64,000 nt of DNA, from the NCBI GenBank assembly GCA_963797095.1, contig CAWCNY010000007.1, forward strand, positions 1 to 64,000, read 5' to 3'. The notes under the pieces were generated by a model. The model worked only from the letters and a program-made list of their open reading frames with translations, searched no databases and was not told the DNA's origin. This document shows positions 46,373 to 55,658 of this stretch, in pieces. Numbering within the stretch: position 1 is the first letter of the stretch; the number at the start of each line of letters is the position of its first letter. This DNA is from an uncultured Chloroflexia bacterium (GTDB lineage Bacteria > Chloroflexota > Chloroflexia > QHBQ01 > JADMIH01). Made by a program: the position numbers and the translations under genes.

Positions 46373-47395
46373 TCACACCCCAACGAGAGTCTTTTCATCT
46401 TCGGCGGTAGGTAAGTTGGAGATGCTGCCCAATCGGCGCTGAGTAATCGTAAGGGCAATCAGCCCCAGGCCCACGCCGAACCAGAGGGTAGAGAACCTGA
46501 TCAGCAAGGTAGCAGCGACCGCAATATTTTGGGTCATATCGAAGGAGGTGTAGCGCGGGATGAGAAACTGGAGCATGCCTGTGATGCTGGCATCCGCAGT
46601 GCCGAGACCACCGGGCAGGAGAGTGACAGACCCGATGAGGCTGGAGGCCGACAGGATGAACGCGCAGATCACCAGCAGTATCCAGGAGAACTGCATACCC
46701 AACCCGAGCATCACCAGCACGAACGCAATAACTTCGCCCGACCAGGAGATAACGCCGATAGCGACACCGAAGAGGAGATTAGGAAGGCGAAAAAGCACGT
46801 AGGAACTATCGTAGAAAGCGTGGAAATGGTGGACGCCCTTGGAAACGACAGGCAGGCGCTCGCCCAGGGCGAGAAGGCGGTCGAAGAGAGCGCGGTTCTG
46901 GAAGACGAAGAGGAAGGCTACAGCGAAGATGGCGATACCCACCAGGATGGGCGTGCCATAGTCAAAGAGCACCAGCCCAACCGAAGCAAGCACCAGCATC
47001 GCCAGACCGTCGGTGAGGCGTTCGGCCATGACTATGGGGGCTGAGGTGGCGATGGGCGTGCCGCGCACCTGTTTAAGGAGGTAGGACTTGACGATCTCGC
47101 CCACCTTGCCGGGGGTCATAGCCATTGCCATGCCGCTCAAGAAGATCATGGCAGAGTCGCGCTTGGAAACGCCTGTTGCCCCAACGAGACGCAGATAGGT
47201 GTCCCATTTGTAGAAGCGCAGCAGATAGTTGAACAGGGTAAAGAGGAGGATGAGGGGAAGAAGCCACCAGTTGAAGGTGCTGAGGACCTCCAGCATCTTG
47301 GTGAAATCGGCGTAGACAGCGAGGCCTGCCACCACGACAAGGCCAAGCACCAGACCCAGGATCAGTTTACCCCGAAGGTTGCCAAGAGCACCCAA
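46373..47395 (-). CDS. Lysylphosphatidylglycerol synthase TM domain / flippase-like protein (UPF0104)
   Basis: NYLLRFYKW, TPGKVGE..K, ERLTD, PGGLG..D, R..TLWF; probable TTG start at 47395. Confidence 0.85.
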   Translation of the reverse strand: MGALGNLRGKLILGLVLGLVVVAGLAVYADFTKMLEVLSTFNWWLLPLILLFTLFNYLLRFYKWDTYLRLVGATGVSKRDSAMIFLSGMAMAMTPGKVGEIVKSYLLKQVRGTPIATSAPIVMAERLTDGLAMLVLASVGLVLFDYGTPILVGIAIFAVAFLFVFQNRALFDRLLALGERLPVVSKGVHHFHAFYDSSYVLFRLPNLLFGVAIGVISWSGEVIAFVLVMLGLGMQFSWILLVICAFILSASSLIGSVTLLPGGLGTADASITGMLQFLIPRYTSFDMTQNIAVAATLLIRFSTLWFGVGLGLIALTITQRRLGSISNLPTAEDEKTLVGV

Positions 47396-47471
47396 ATTCG
47401 CATCCCTTCCACAGTTCGACGGATAGCGTCTGTATCTTCCAGTGTAACAAAGGGAGATGTGGATTACAAGC

Positions 47472-47512
47472 ACTCAAGGGCAGCACCGGCGCATATGGTG
47501 CTGCCCTTGAGT
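47472..47512. terminator. 16-bp hairpin downstream of the NHL-repeat gene
   Basis: ACTCAAGGGCAGCACC ... GGTGCTGCCCTTGAGT. Confidence 0.6.
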
Positions 47513-47535
47513 TGTTATCTGTTGCCTGGCAGATT

Positions 47536-49173
47536 CTACTTCTGGCTGAACTTCAACACCCTGTTGCTATAGGAATCAGAAACGTAAAGATTGCCTTCGC
47601 TATCCAGAGCCAGGTAGCCGGGCCCCAGGAACTCTCCTTCGTCCGAGCCTGGAGGGCCTGTTATACTGCCCAGCAGGCGCCCATATTTGTCGAACTTCTG
47701 CACTCTGGGATGCGAATCGACGCCGGGGTACTCCTTGAGCCAACCATCGATTATGTAGATATTATCCTGATTGTCTACTGTGACCCCAAGCGGGCGGCTA
47801 AACGTCGCCACGATGGGGCTATCTAACTGGTTGCCTTCACTGTCGTACTTCACGACGGTGTTTGTGTTGTACGTGGTGATATAGATGTTATCCTCGCTGT
47901 CGACAGCGAGGTTATCGGTGCTGGGGGCCTGCCACCACTTCACCAGGTTGCCATTGCTGTCAAACTTGTTCACCCGGTTGCGGGCGTCATCGAGCACGTA
48001 CAGGTTACCCTTGCTGTCGAAGGCCAGGTCAAGCGGCCACAGCAGCCTGCCACCCTCAACAGTGGTGTCTCCGAACTTGCGGAGGAAGTTGCCGTTGTTA
48101 TCGAAAACCTGGATGCTCGGCTCGCTCAGTGGATCGCCATGCGATGGGTTGTCACTGTTGGCAACATACACATTGCCCTCCTTATCGACAGCCACACCAC
48201 CTACTTCATCAAAGTTGAACAGGCCATCGCCCCGACCCTGGCTGCCAAACGCCATAACGGGGTTGCCCGCCTTATCAAACTTCTGAACACGGGAGTTCTT
48301 GCTGTCAACCACAAACATGTTGTCCTTGGCATCAAATGCTATTCCGCTGGGGCTGGACAGATCCCCTGTGATCTCCGATAGATACATGAATGTGGCCGAT
48401 TGCACCGGAGGCAAAGGCCCTGTGGGCGTCGAAGTAGGCCGGGGAGCAGGTGTGGTCGCTGTGGGGTTAGGCTCAGGCGTGCTGCCGCTCTGCCCACCTG
48501 ACCCGCCCTGCTCGTATTTGGCCTTGTAGCGGAAGGTACCGAGTTGCGACAGCAGGATATTGTAAGGAGCGGCATTCTCAGGGTGAAGCTCGAACACCGC
48601 CCTCTCGAAATACTGCACCGTATAAGTCTTGCCATCCAGGTCCGACTTCTCCTGGAACTCATCGGAGATCGGAAGCCCTTGCTGGGCAAGGCCGCCGTGA
48701 GCATCCCAGTAATCGAGGAAAAGACCACCCACGCTCTTACCGGTCTCGTCAAATAGTCGCGAACCCGCTTCGTTGTTGGGAGTTTGGCCGGGCGCGCCAC
48801 CCGGGTATTTCTGATTGTAGAGAAACACACCAAGCAAGCTCAGTAGTACTTCGTTGGGGGTCCCTGCGAACTCAGAGTGAAGCTCGAAGAGGGCACGCTC
48901 GAAATACTGCACCATATAAGTCTTGCCGTCGGTATCCGACACTTCCTCCATCTCGTCAGAGATCGGATAGCCCTGCTGGGCAAGACCGCCGTGAGCATCC
49001 CAGTATTCCAGAAATCGTCCCGCCAACGTTTTGCCTGTTTCAGCGAAAGTGCGGCTATCCGCCCGGGCTTTGCTCTGCAAAGGCAGCAAGAAGGCGACAA
49101 GCAGCAGGGAAATAAATAGAACAACGGACCTTCTGCCTGACAGGATCCTCAATGAAGTGGAGTTGAATCTCAT
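47536..49173 (-). CDS. Secreted NHL-repeat beta-propeller protein with two N-terminal Chloroflexota-type surface modules
   Basis: Signal peptide; FAETGKTL..GYPISDE..YFERA..H.E twice; P.GIAFD..DN.FV.D..N.RVQKFD repeats; start ATG 49173 after GGGAG. Confidence 0.87.
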   Translation of the reverse strand: MRFNSTSLRILSGRRSVVLFISLLLVAFLLPLQSKARADSRTFAETGKTLAGRFLEYWDAHGGLAQQGYPISDEMEEVSDTDGKTYMVQYFERALFELHSEFAGTPNEVLLSLLGVFLYNQKYPGGAPGQTPNNEAGSRLFDETGKSVGGLFLDYWDAHGGLAQQGLPISDEFQEKSDLDGKTYTVQYFERAVFELHPENAAPYNILLSQLGTFRYKAKYEQGGSGGQSGSTPEPNPTATTPAPRPTSTPTGPLPPVQSATFMYLSEITGDLSSPSGIAFDAKDNMFVVDSKNSRVQKFDKAGNPVMAFGSQGRGDGLFNFDEVGGVAVDKEGNVYVANSDNPSHGDPLSEPSIQVFDNNGNFLRKFGDTTVEGGRLLWPLDLAFDSKGNLYVLDDARNRVNKFDSNGNLVKWWQAPSTDNLAVDSEDNIYITTYNTNTVVKYDSEGNQLDSPIVATFSRPLGVTVDNQDNIYIIDGWLKEYPGVDSHPRVQKFDKYGRLLGSITGPPGSDEGEFLGPGYLALDSEGNLYVSDSYSNRVLKFSQK

Positions 49174-49438
49174 TAATTTGTCTCCCTGTAGACTCTGAAC
49201 TATCTGCGTACAAAGGCGATGGGTGACATGCTCATAAGCCATCGTTCTGATAGTAAGAGCAGGAATTATTCAATTGCCAGTTCAGGTAGTGCCCATTTTG
49301 TGTTCAATTGCCTGAATATGGCGCAGCCAAAGGAAGGCAAGCACAGCCAGGCTAAAGTTAGCGTGCAGTAAGCCGTCTTAAAACGAACCACCGGAGCAGC
49401 TTAGCCGCCCCGGTGTCTCTTTATCTATTCGTTGGATG

Positions 49439-50311
49439 CTAACCTCGCCAGGCTACTACGGCAGCAACAGCGAGCGCTATAGTCACCAGCAACAACCCGA
49501 TCTCTGCGGCAATCTGCAGATTGAACTCTTGCGCAGATCGCGCCTCCACAGGAGCCGATTCGGCGCTGTAGGGCTCTGAGCCTGTTATGCCCGGAGGCGA
49601 GTTGTCGGGGGTTTTCATGCTGTAAAGGGCTTCACCCGAAGGAACAGTAGTAGGGCTGAGTGCGCCGCTATTTGCTATCGATGTATTAGGCGTTACCTGC
49701 GCTTCAGATGATGCTCCGCCTGCTGCCGGTGGCGCGGTTGGCACCGGCGCGGGGGGTTCGCTCGGATTAGCAGCCGAAGCGCCCGTGTTGGCGGTATCGG
49801 TATCGCCCGCCACGCCCACGCCCGTGGTGGCAGTAGGTTCCGCCATGAGGGTCATAGGGGTCAACCCCTCCTCACCTGAGTTGCGGTTGGTATCCGTAGC
49901 CCCAATTTTCGGCGTGAATGCCACGGACTGAGGTTGTTCGGCATTCATGCCGGAATTGAGCGTCGCCAGCATGAAGATAAGCACCAGAAAAGCCACCACC
50001 GAGCCTGTGGCAAAGGTCGGTGCGAGCCTTGGCGAGAAGATCCGCTCCCACAGAGATGTTTTGCGGGCCTTGGCGGCCATCTCAGGCGTAAGGGTAAAGG
50101 CACGCGGAACGGCGGCCACCGGCATACTCTGCAGCAGGCGCTGAGTAGCCTGAAGCTCTACTAAGTCGGCGCGGCAATCAGCGCACCCTTCAAGATGGGC
50201 ACGCACACGCGCGCGGCCAGTCTCGTCAAGCGACTTATCGATATATGCCGATAGGAGGTCTTGAACGTGGCCCTCGCTGTCTATTTCGTTGTCTCTGTAT
50301 GACTTACCCAT
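49439..50311 (-). CDS. Zinc-finger (zf-HC2) anti-sigma factor
   Basis: H..DLLSAYID..L......VRAHLEGCADC, PRAFTL, one TM, low-complexity external region, C-terminal TM. Confidence 0.85.
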   Translation of the reverse strand: MGKSYRDNEIDSEGHVQDLLSAYIDKSLDETGRARVRAHLEGCADCRADLVELQATQRLLQSMPVAAVPRAFTLTPEMAAKARKTSLWERIFSPRLAPTFATGSVVAFLVLIFMLATLNSGMNAEQPQSVAFTPKIGATDTNRNSGEEGLTPMTLMAEPTATTGVGVAGDTDTANTGASAANPSEPPAPVPTAPPAAGGASSEAQVTPNTSIANSGALSPTTVPSGEALYSMKTPDNSPPGITGSEPYSAESAPVEARSAQEFNLQIAAEIGLLLVTIALAVAAVVAWRG

Positions 50312-50380
50312 TTCTTGCTTTCTATAAATTGAGGGATGGTATAGATGAGTTCAGTATTACGGATTCTCAGTTGTAAGCAT

Positions 50381-51052
50381 CTATCGTGCATCATCCCCCG
50401 TTAATGAACGCTCTCCACGAGCGGAAAGTTCCCCCGATGAAGGCGAAATTCCACGCTCGCGAAGGTAGTCACGCATACGGAGGCGCGCCCGGTTTACACG
50501 GGATTTGACCGTGCCCAGGTTCGCGCCTGTTATGGTGGCAGCCTCCTCGTAGCTCAGGCCCTGCACGTCGACCAGTACAAGGGTCATCCGCTGGTCATAA
50601 GGCAGGGAATCGAGACCCGCCTGGATTGTGCCCATGGTTTCAAGTCGAAGGACGTTCGTTTCAGGGTTCACCGTCGGATCTACATCAGCAATGGGCAACG
50701 GGTCTAAACCTTCCTCGCCATCGTCGGGCGAGCGCCACGAGTTGAGAGGCATAGAAGGTTTGCGCTTCCTGCTTCTGAGCATATCGAGGCACGCATTGGT
50801 GGCGATACGGAGTATCCACGTGCGGAAGCCCTCGCCCTTGAAGCGGGGCATAGCCTTATATGCCGAGAAGAAGGCTTCCTGGGTGGCATCGGCTGCCTCA
50901 TCCGGATCAGAGAGCATGCGAAGGCAAAGGTTGTAGACGCGAGTCTGATATTGAAGAACGAGCCAGTTGAAGGCATCGAGGTCTCCCTTGCGGGCGGCCT
51001 CAATCCGGCGTGGCTCCTCCTCGGCGCTGATGTCGTGCCATGCTGCGGGCAT
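50381..51052 (-). CDS. ECF (sigma-70 group 4) RNA polymerase sigma factor, probably leaderless
   Basis: GDLDAFN.LV..YQ.RVY, DATQEAF, FRTWILRIATN.C.D, GLSYEE.A......GTVKSR.NRAR; TGCTATACT 6 nt before ATG 51052. Confidence 0.9.
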   Translation of the reverse strand: MPAAWHDISAEEEPRRIEAARKGDLDAFNWLVLQYQTRVYNLCLRMLSDPDEAADATQEAFFSAYKAMPRFKGEGFRTWILRIATNACLDMLRSRKRKPSMPLNSWRSPDDGEEGLDPLPIADVDPTVNPETNVLRLETMGTIQAGLDSLPYDQRMTLVLVDVQGLSYEEAATITGANLGTVKSRVNRARLRMRDYLRERGISPSSGELSARGERSLTGDDAR

Positions 51053-51082
51053 GGATAAAGTATAGCAGGTTCTGTTGAGGTG

Positions 51083-51116
51083 AAAAAAGCCGCGCCCTGT
51101 ACGGGCGCGGGCTTCG
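51083..51116 (-). terminator. Intrinsic terminator of the small NHLP-like gene
   Basis: Minus strand AAGCCCGCGCCC-gtaca-GGGCGCGGCTTTTTT. Confidence 0.8.
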
Positions 51117-51137
51117 GGTTGCAAACGGTACGATAAT

Positions 51138-51485
51138 CTATCCGGAGCGCGGACGCTGCAAGGAGGTAGGGTCATAACCGGAACCTGTCATAGCGTTTGC
51201 TCCGTGCACGCCCATCCTGGGCGCTCCCTCGGTGCTCACCTCGTTTTCATCAAGCGCACCAGTGCCACCGACATGGCCGGCGGTCCAATCGATACCGACG
51301 CGGGCCGCGAGGTCGCGTATGGTGCTGTCGTTACCTGTCGCTATGGCCTGAGCAAGTGCCTGACGCTCCTGATCATCCAGGTCGTACAGGCCGAGGGTCT
51401 GTACCGGGTCCTGCGCAATGAGAGCCGCAAAACCGGGATCATCGTGGAGTTGTTGCAAGGCCAACAGCAGTCCTCTGTCACTCAT
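51138..51485 (-). CDS. Small protein with NHLP-clan (Os1348/Franean1_4349-like) leader; possible RiPP precursor
   Basis: MSDRGLLLALQQLHDDPGFAALIAQDPVQTLGLYDLDDQERQAL fits the D..F...L..DP...L..YDL...E...L pattern; strong SD AAGGAGG; own terminator. Confidence 0.65.
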   Translation of the reverse strand: MSDRGLLLALQQLHDDPGFAALIAQDPVQTLGLYDLDDQERQALAQAIATGNDSTIRDLAARVGIDWTAGHVGGTGALDENEVSTEGAPRMGVHGANAMTGSGYDPTSLQRPRSG

Positions 51486-51598
51486 GTTTTCCTCCTTTTG
51501 TGGGCCGCACCGTGCGGCCATAGCTGCCTACAGGGCAAGAAATGTGCCAGGTATTGCGACAGCCAAAATGGTAGCAGGTATGATACAATAACTGCTCA

Positions 51599-53254
51599 AT
51601 GAGCACTGATGCTGATGTAATAGTCGTAGGCGCTGGACTGGCGGGGCTGGTAGCTGCTGCCGAGTTGGTGGACGCCAACAAAAAGGTGATCCTGCTCGAC
51701 CAGGAGCCGGAGGCATCGCTGGGCGGGCAGGCGTTCTGGTCGTTCGGTGGGCTGTTCCTGGTGGACTCGCCGGAGCAAAGGCGGATGCGCATTCGCGACT
51801 CATACGCCCTTGCTGTGCAGGATTGGCTTGGCAGCGCGGGGTTCGACCGGGAGGAAGACTACTGGCCCAGGCGATGGGCGGAAGCGTACCTGGCTTTCGC
51901 GGCTGGCGAAAAGCGGTCGTGGTTGCATAAGCAGGGAGTTCGGTTCTTCCCTATCGTGGGGTGGGCCGAGCGCGGTGGGTATCTTGCCACGGGTCATGGC
52001 AACTCGGTGCCGCGCTTTCATATAACGTGGGGCACAGGGCCCGGCGTAATCGAGCCGTTTGTGAGGCGGGTGCGCGAAGGTGAACGGCGCGGGCTGGTAT
52101 CGTTGCCCTTTCGACACCGAGTAACCGGGCTGCTCGTGAACGGCGGCACGGTAGAAGGTGTACATGGCGATATCCTGGAGCCGAGCTATGTCGAGCGCGG
52201 GGTACGAAGCTCGCGGGAGGTAGCGGGGGAATTCACGGTGCGGGCGCAAGCCGTCGTTGTCACCTCCGGAGGGATCGGGGGCAATCACGAGTTGGTGCGC
52301 CACAACTGGCCGAAGAGGATGGGCGAGCCTCCGAAGAAGATGATCTCAGGGGTGCCCGACCACGTTGACGGGCGAATGCTCCAGGTAGTGCAGGAGAGCG
52401 GCGGGCGAGTGATCAACCCCGACCGGATGTGGCACTATCCTGAAGGTATAGTGAACTACGCGCCGATCTGGACCAATCACGGCATACGGATCTTGAGCGG
52501 GCCAAGCCCGTTGTGGCTGGACGCGCACGGCCATCGCCTGCCTGAGCCGTTGTTCCCGGGGTTCGATACCCTGGGTGCGCTGCGGCATATCAACGCTACA
52601 GGGTACGATCACTCGTGGTTCCTGCTCAACCAGCGCATCATTGAGCGCGAGTTTGCCCTCTCAGGGTCCGAACAGAACCCCGACCTGACGGGCCGTAGCG
52701 TCAAATTGATCCTGAGCCGTATCGGACCGGGCGCTCCTCCGCCGGTGGAGGCGTTTAAGGAGCGTGGGGTCGATTTCATAGTCAGGAAGACGCTGCCCGA
52801 ATTGGCGAGCGCTATGAACGAGCTAATAGGCGAAACCCTGATCGATCCCGCACAGTTGAGGCGGGAAGTGGCAGCGCGAGACCGGCAGATCGACAACGAG
52901 TTCGGCAAGGATGCCCAGGTGATAGCGATCAGAGGGGCGCGTGCCTATATTGGCGATAGACTGGTGAGGGTGGCGAAACCGCACCGCATACTCGATCCTG
53001 AAGCGGGGCCGCTGATCGCGGTGCGGCTATGGATTCTCACGCGCAAGACCCTGGGCGGGCTGGAAACCGACCTGTCGGCGCGGGTGCTTGGTGCGGATGG
53101 GCAGCCGCTACCGGGCCTATATGCCGCCGGAGAGGTGGCAGGCTTCGGGGGCGGTGGTATGCATGGCTACCGCGCCCTTGAAGGGACTTTCCTTGGCGGG
53201 TGTATTTTCTCAGGCCGCACGGCAGGGCGAGCAGTAGCCGGGGCTGTAATTTAG
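51599..53254 (+). CDS. FAD-binding dehydrogenase (KsdD-like / Rv0785-type)
   Basis: DVIVVGAGLAGL, LGGQAFWSFGGLF, GNSVPRFHITWGTG, LTRKTLGGL.TDL, GLYAAGE, LEGTFLGGC.FSGR. Confidence 0.9.
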   Translation: MSTDADVIVVGAGLAGLVAAAELVDANKKVILLDQEPEASLGGQAFWSFGGLFLVDSPEQRRMRIRDSYALAVQDWLGSAGFDREEDYWPRRWAEAYLAFAAGEKRSWLHKQGVRFFPIVGWAERGGYLATGHGNSVPRFHITWGTGPGVIEPFVRRVREGERRGLVSLPFRHRVTGLLVNGGTVEGVHGDILEPSYVERGVRSSREVAGEFTVRAQAVVVTSGGIGGNHELVRHNWPKRMGEPPKKMISGVPDHVDGRMLQVVQESGGRVINPDRMWHYPEGIVNYAPIWTNHGIRILSGPSPLWLDAHGHRLPEPLFPGFDTLGALRHINATGYDHSWFLLNQRIIEREFALSGSEQNPDLTGRSVKLILSRIGPGAPPPVEAFKERGVDFIVRKTLPELASAMNELIGETLIDPAQLRREVAARDRQIDNEFGKDAQVIAIRGARAYIGDRLVRVAKPHRILDPEAGPLIAVRLWILTRKTLGGLETDLSARVLGADGQPLPGLYAAGEVAGFGGGGMHGYRALEGTFLGGCIFSGRTAGRAVAGAVI

Positions 53255-54453
53255 CCCGCATCCCTGGGCATCGGCCCGGCGTTGCCTTCCATCCAGCTCA
53301 TCGGGTAATTCGGATCGTCGTATTCCTGCGCCCATTTGGTCAGCTTGAGGGGGCGGAACGTATCGACCATCACGGCCAATTCTTCGGTCGATTCTTTGCC
53401 TATGGATGCCTCGGCTGTGCCTGGGTGAGGCCCATGAGGGATGCCGTGCGGGTGTAGCGTGAAGGAGGCAACATCAATGCCCCGGCGGCTCATGAAGTTG
53501 CCGTTGACGTAGTAGATCACTTCTTCGCTGTCGATGTTGGAGTGGTTGTAAGGGGCAGGTATAGATAGTGGGTGATAGTCGTACTTGCGCGGCACGAAGG
53601 AGCAAACCACGAAGTTGTGCGCCTCGAAGGTCTGGTGAACGGGTGGGGGCTGGTGAACGCGGCCTGTGATCGGCTCAAAGTCTTCGATATTGAATATGTA
53701 GGGGTAGAGGTAGCCGTCCCAACCAACCACGTCGAGCGGGTGATGGTCGTAGTAATAAGAGGAGAGCATATCATTGGCGCGGATCAGCACCCGGTAAGGG
53801 CCTTTGCCCGCCTCGTCGCCCGTGATGGTGACAAGCTCTTCGGGCACGCGAAGGTCGCGCTCGCAATAGGGAGAGTTCTCAAGTAGCTGGCCGAAGCCAT
53901 TGCGGTAGCGTTTGGGGAACTGGATGTACTTGCCCTCGACCACGAGCCAGCGCTGTGGCTTGCCCTCGTCGGCTACGATGCGATAGATCGTGCCGTGGGG
54001 CAGGAAAACGTAGTCGCCTTCCCGGTAGGGGAGGGTGCCGAAATTGGTCTCGAAGCGGCCTGTGCCCTGATGGATGAAGTATAGCTCGTCGGTCTGGCCG
54101 TTCTTGTAGAAGTAGTCCATAGGCTCGGCGGGGAGCACGATGCCCAGGCGGCAATCGCTGTTGTACATGAGGATGCGTCTGCCTGAGATGGGATCGCCCT
54201 GGGGCTGTGCGGGCTTGGTGCGGGTATGGACGTGGCGCTGCACCGGAAGCTGCCACTCCTGCAACGGCTCGGCCTCGCACGGCTCTATGTTCACCACGCG
54301 CACGGGTGGGTGGTGGTGATAGAGCAGCGAGGAGTTGCCGCTGAAGCCCTCGGTGCCGAATAGCTCCTCGGTGTATAGCTCACCGTCAGGGCGGCGAAAC
54401 TGGGTGTGTCGCTTATGGGGTATTTTGCCTAGTTTGTGGTAGTAGGGCATCAT
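53251..54453 (-). CDS. hmgA: Homogentisate 1,2-dioxygenase
   Basis: IPHKRHTQFR, EGFSG.SSLLYH, HPLDVVGWDG, VHQPPPVHQTF, PYNHSNIDSEE, HPHGIPHGPHPG. Confidence 0.93.
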   Translation of the reverse strand: MMPYYHKLGKIPHKRHTQFRRPDGELYTEELFGTEGFSGNSSLLYHHHPPVRVVNIEPCEAEPLQEWQLPVQRHVHTRTKPAQPQGDPISGRRILMYNSDCRLGIVLPAEPMDYFYKNGQTDELYFIHQGTGRFETNFGTLPYREGDYVFLPHGTIYRIVADEGKPQRWLVVEGKYIQFPKRYRNGFGQLLENSPYCERDLRVPEELVTITGDEAGKGPYRVLIRANDMLSSYYYDHHPLDVVGWDGYLYPYIFNIEDFEPITGRVHQPPPVHQTFEAHNFVVCSFVPRKYDYHPLSIPAPYNHSNIDSEEVIYYVNGNFMSRRGIDVASFTLHPHGIPHGPHPGTAEASIGKESTEELAVMVDTFRPLKLTKWAQEYDDPNYPMSWMEGNAGPMPRDAG

Positions 54454-54529
54454 TGCACCTCCGGTTAGTTCTTTAATCTCAGCGCTTTATTTCATCCCAA
54501 ATCAACTATGCCTTTAAGGGTTATTATGC

Positions 54530-55567
54530 TCATGAGTGCGGGCCTCCCTCCGCAGTCAGCTTATTCCTTATCAGCCCCAGCTTTTCGATCTCCATCGCCA
54601 CTACATCGCCGGGTTTGAGCCAACCGCCGGTGTTTTCGGGGCGTAGCTCGAGGATGCAGCCTGTGCCTACTGTGCCCGATCCGAGCACATCGCCTGGGCG
54701 GAGCCACACATCGGTGGAGGCCCATTCGATCATCTGGGCGAAGGTGTGAGTGAGAGTATCCGCGTTGCCACGCGATAGCTCTTTGCCATTGACGCGAGCC
54801 ACCATTTCGAGACTGTAGCGAGTTTCTGCGGCTTCGCCCTTGCGGCGATCTTCCAACTCGTCGGGGGTGACTAGCCAGGGGCCGAGGGTGGTGGCGAAGT
54901 CTTTGCTCTTGGCGGGGCCCATGCTCAACTTCGCCTCGAAGTTGCGCCAGGTGTCGCGGGCCGACCAGTCGTTCATGATCAGGTAGCCTGCTATGTAGTC
55001 GTTGGCATCTTCGGCCGAGATGTCTTTGCCCGGTTTGCCGATTATGCAGGCGATCTCAAGCTCGAAATCGACTTCGTGGGAGCCGCGAGGGTAATCTACG
55101 TCGTCGTAGGGGCCGTAAACGCAGCCGGGGTTGGAGTAGTAGAAGACCGGGTGGTCGTACCACTCAAGGATCATTTCGAGGCCACGGAGGGCGCGGGCGC
55201 TCTTAACGTGCTGTTCGAAAGCGTAGAAGTCGCGGATGGTGCGAGGGAAGGGTAGAGGCGAGAGGAGCATAACATCGTCAACGGGTTGGGACGACTCCCA
55301 CAGCCCTTCCTCGTCGTCACAGACGGTTTCGGCGAGGCCGAGCACCCGCTCCATAGCAGCCTGCCCGCCATCAAGCAGTTCAAGCATCGTCATCGGCGGG
55401 CGCAATCCAGAATCACGAGAATGCTTCTTATTGAGCCAGTCGTGGGCGGCTTCGAGATTAAGAACGCGGGGCATCTCGCCAGGCAGGTAGATGCCTACGT
55501 GGGTGTCCTGCCCTTCGACGCGGTCGGGGGCGGTACGGTGGAGGTGGGAGAAGGTTACGAGTTTCAT
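54530..55567 (-). CDS. Fumarylacetoacetate hydrolase family protein
   Basis: RDFYAFEQHV, PVFYYSN, DFELEIA, NDWSARD, KSKDFAT.LGP, GSGTVG.GC.LE; lies between hppD and hmgA. Confidence 0.9.
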   Translation of the reverse strand: MKLVTFSHLHRTAPDRVEGQDTHVGIYLPGEMPRVLNLEAAHDWLNKKHSRDSGLRPPMTMLELLDGGQAAMERVLGLAETVCDDEEGLWESSQPVDDVMLLSPLPFPRTIRDFYAFEQHVKSARALRGLEMILEWYDHPVFYYSNPGCVYGPYDDVDYPRGSHEVDFELEIACIIGKPGKDISAEDANDYIAGYLIMNDWSARDTWRNFEAKLSMGPAKSKDFATTLGPWLVTPDELEDRRKGEAAETRYSLEMVARVNGKELSRGNADTLTHTFAQMIEWASTDVWLRPGDVLGSGTVGTGCILELRPENTGGWLKPGDVVAMEIEKLGLIRNKLTAEGGPHS

Positions 55568-55651
55568 GGTAGTCGGTAGTCGGTAGTCGGTAGTTCCTGG
55601 TTCCTGGTTCCTGGTTCCTGGTCACTCATTACAGGTCCGACTACCGACTGC
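55568..55651. repeat. Inverted heptamer bracket (GGTAGTC)3 ... CCGACTACCGACT with (GTTCCTG)4 interior
   Basis: 13-bp perfect stem between 55571-55583 and 55637-55649. Confidence 0.9.
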
Positions 55652-55658
55652 TATTCTC

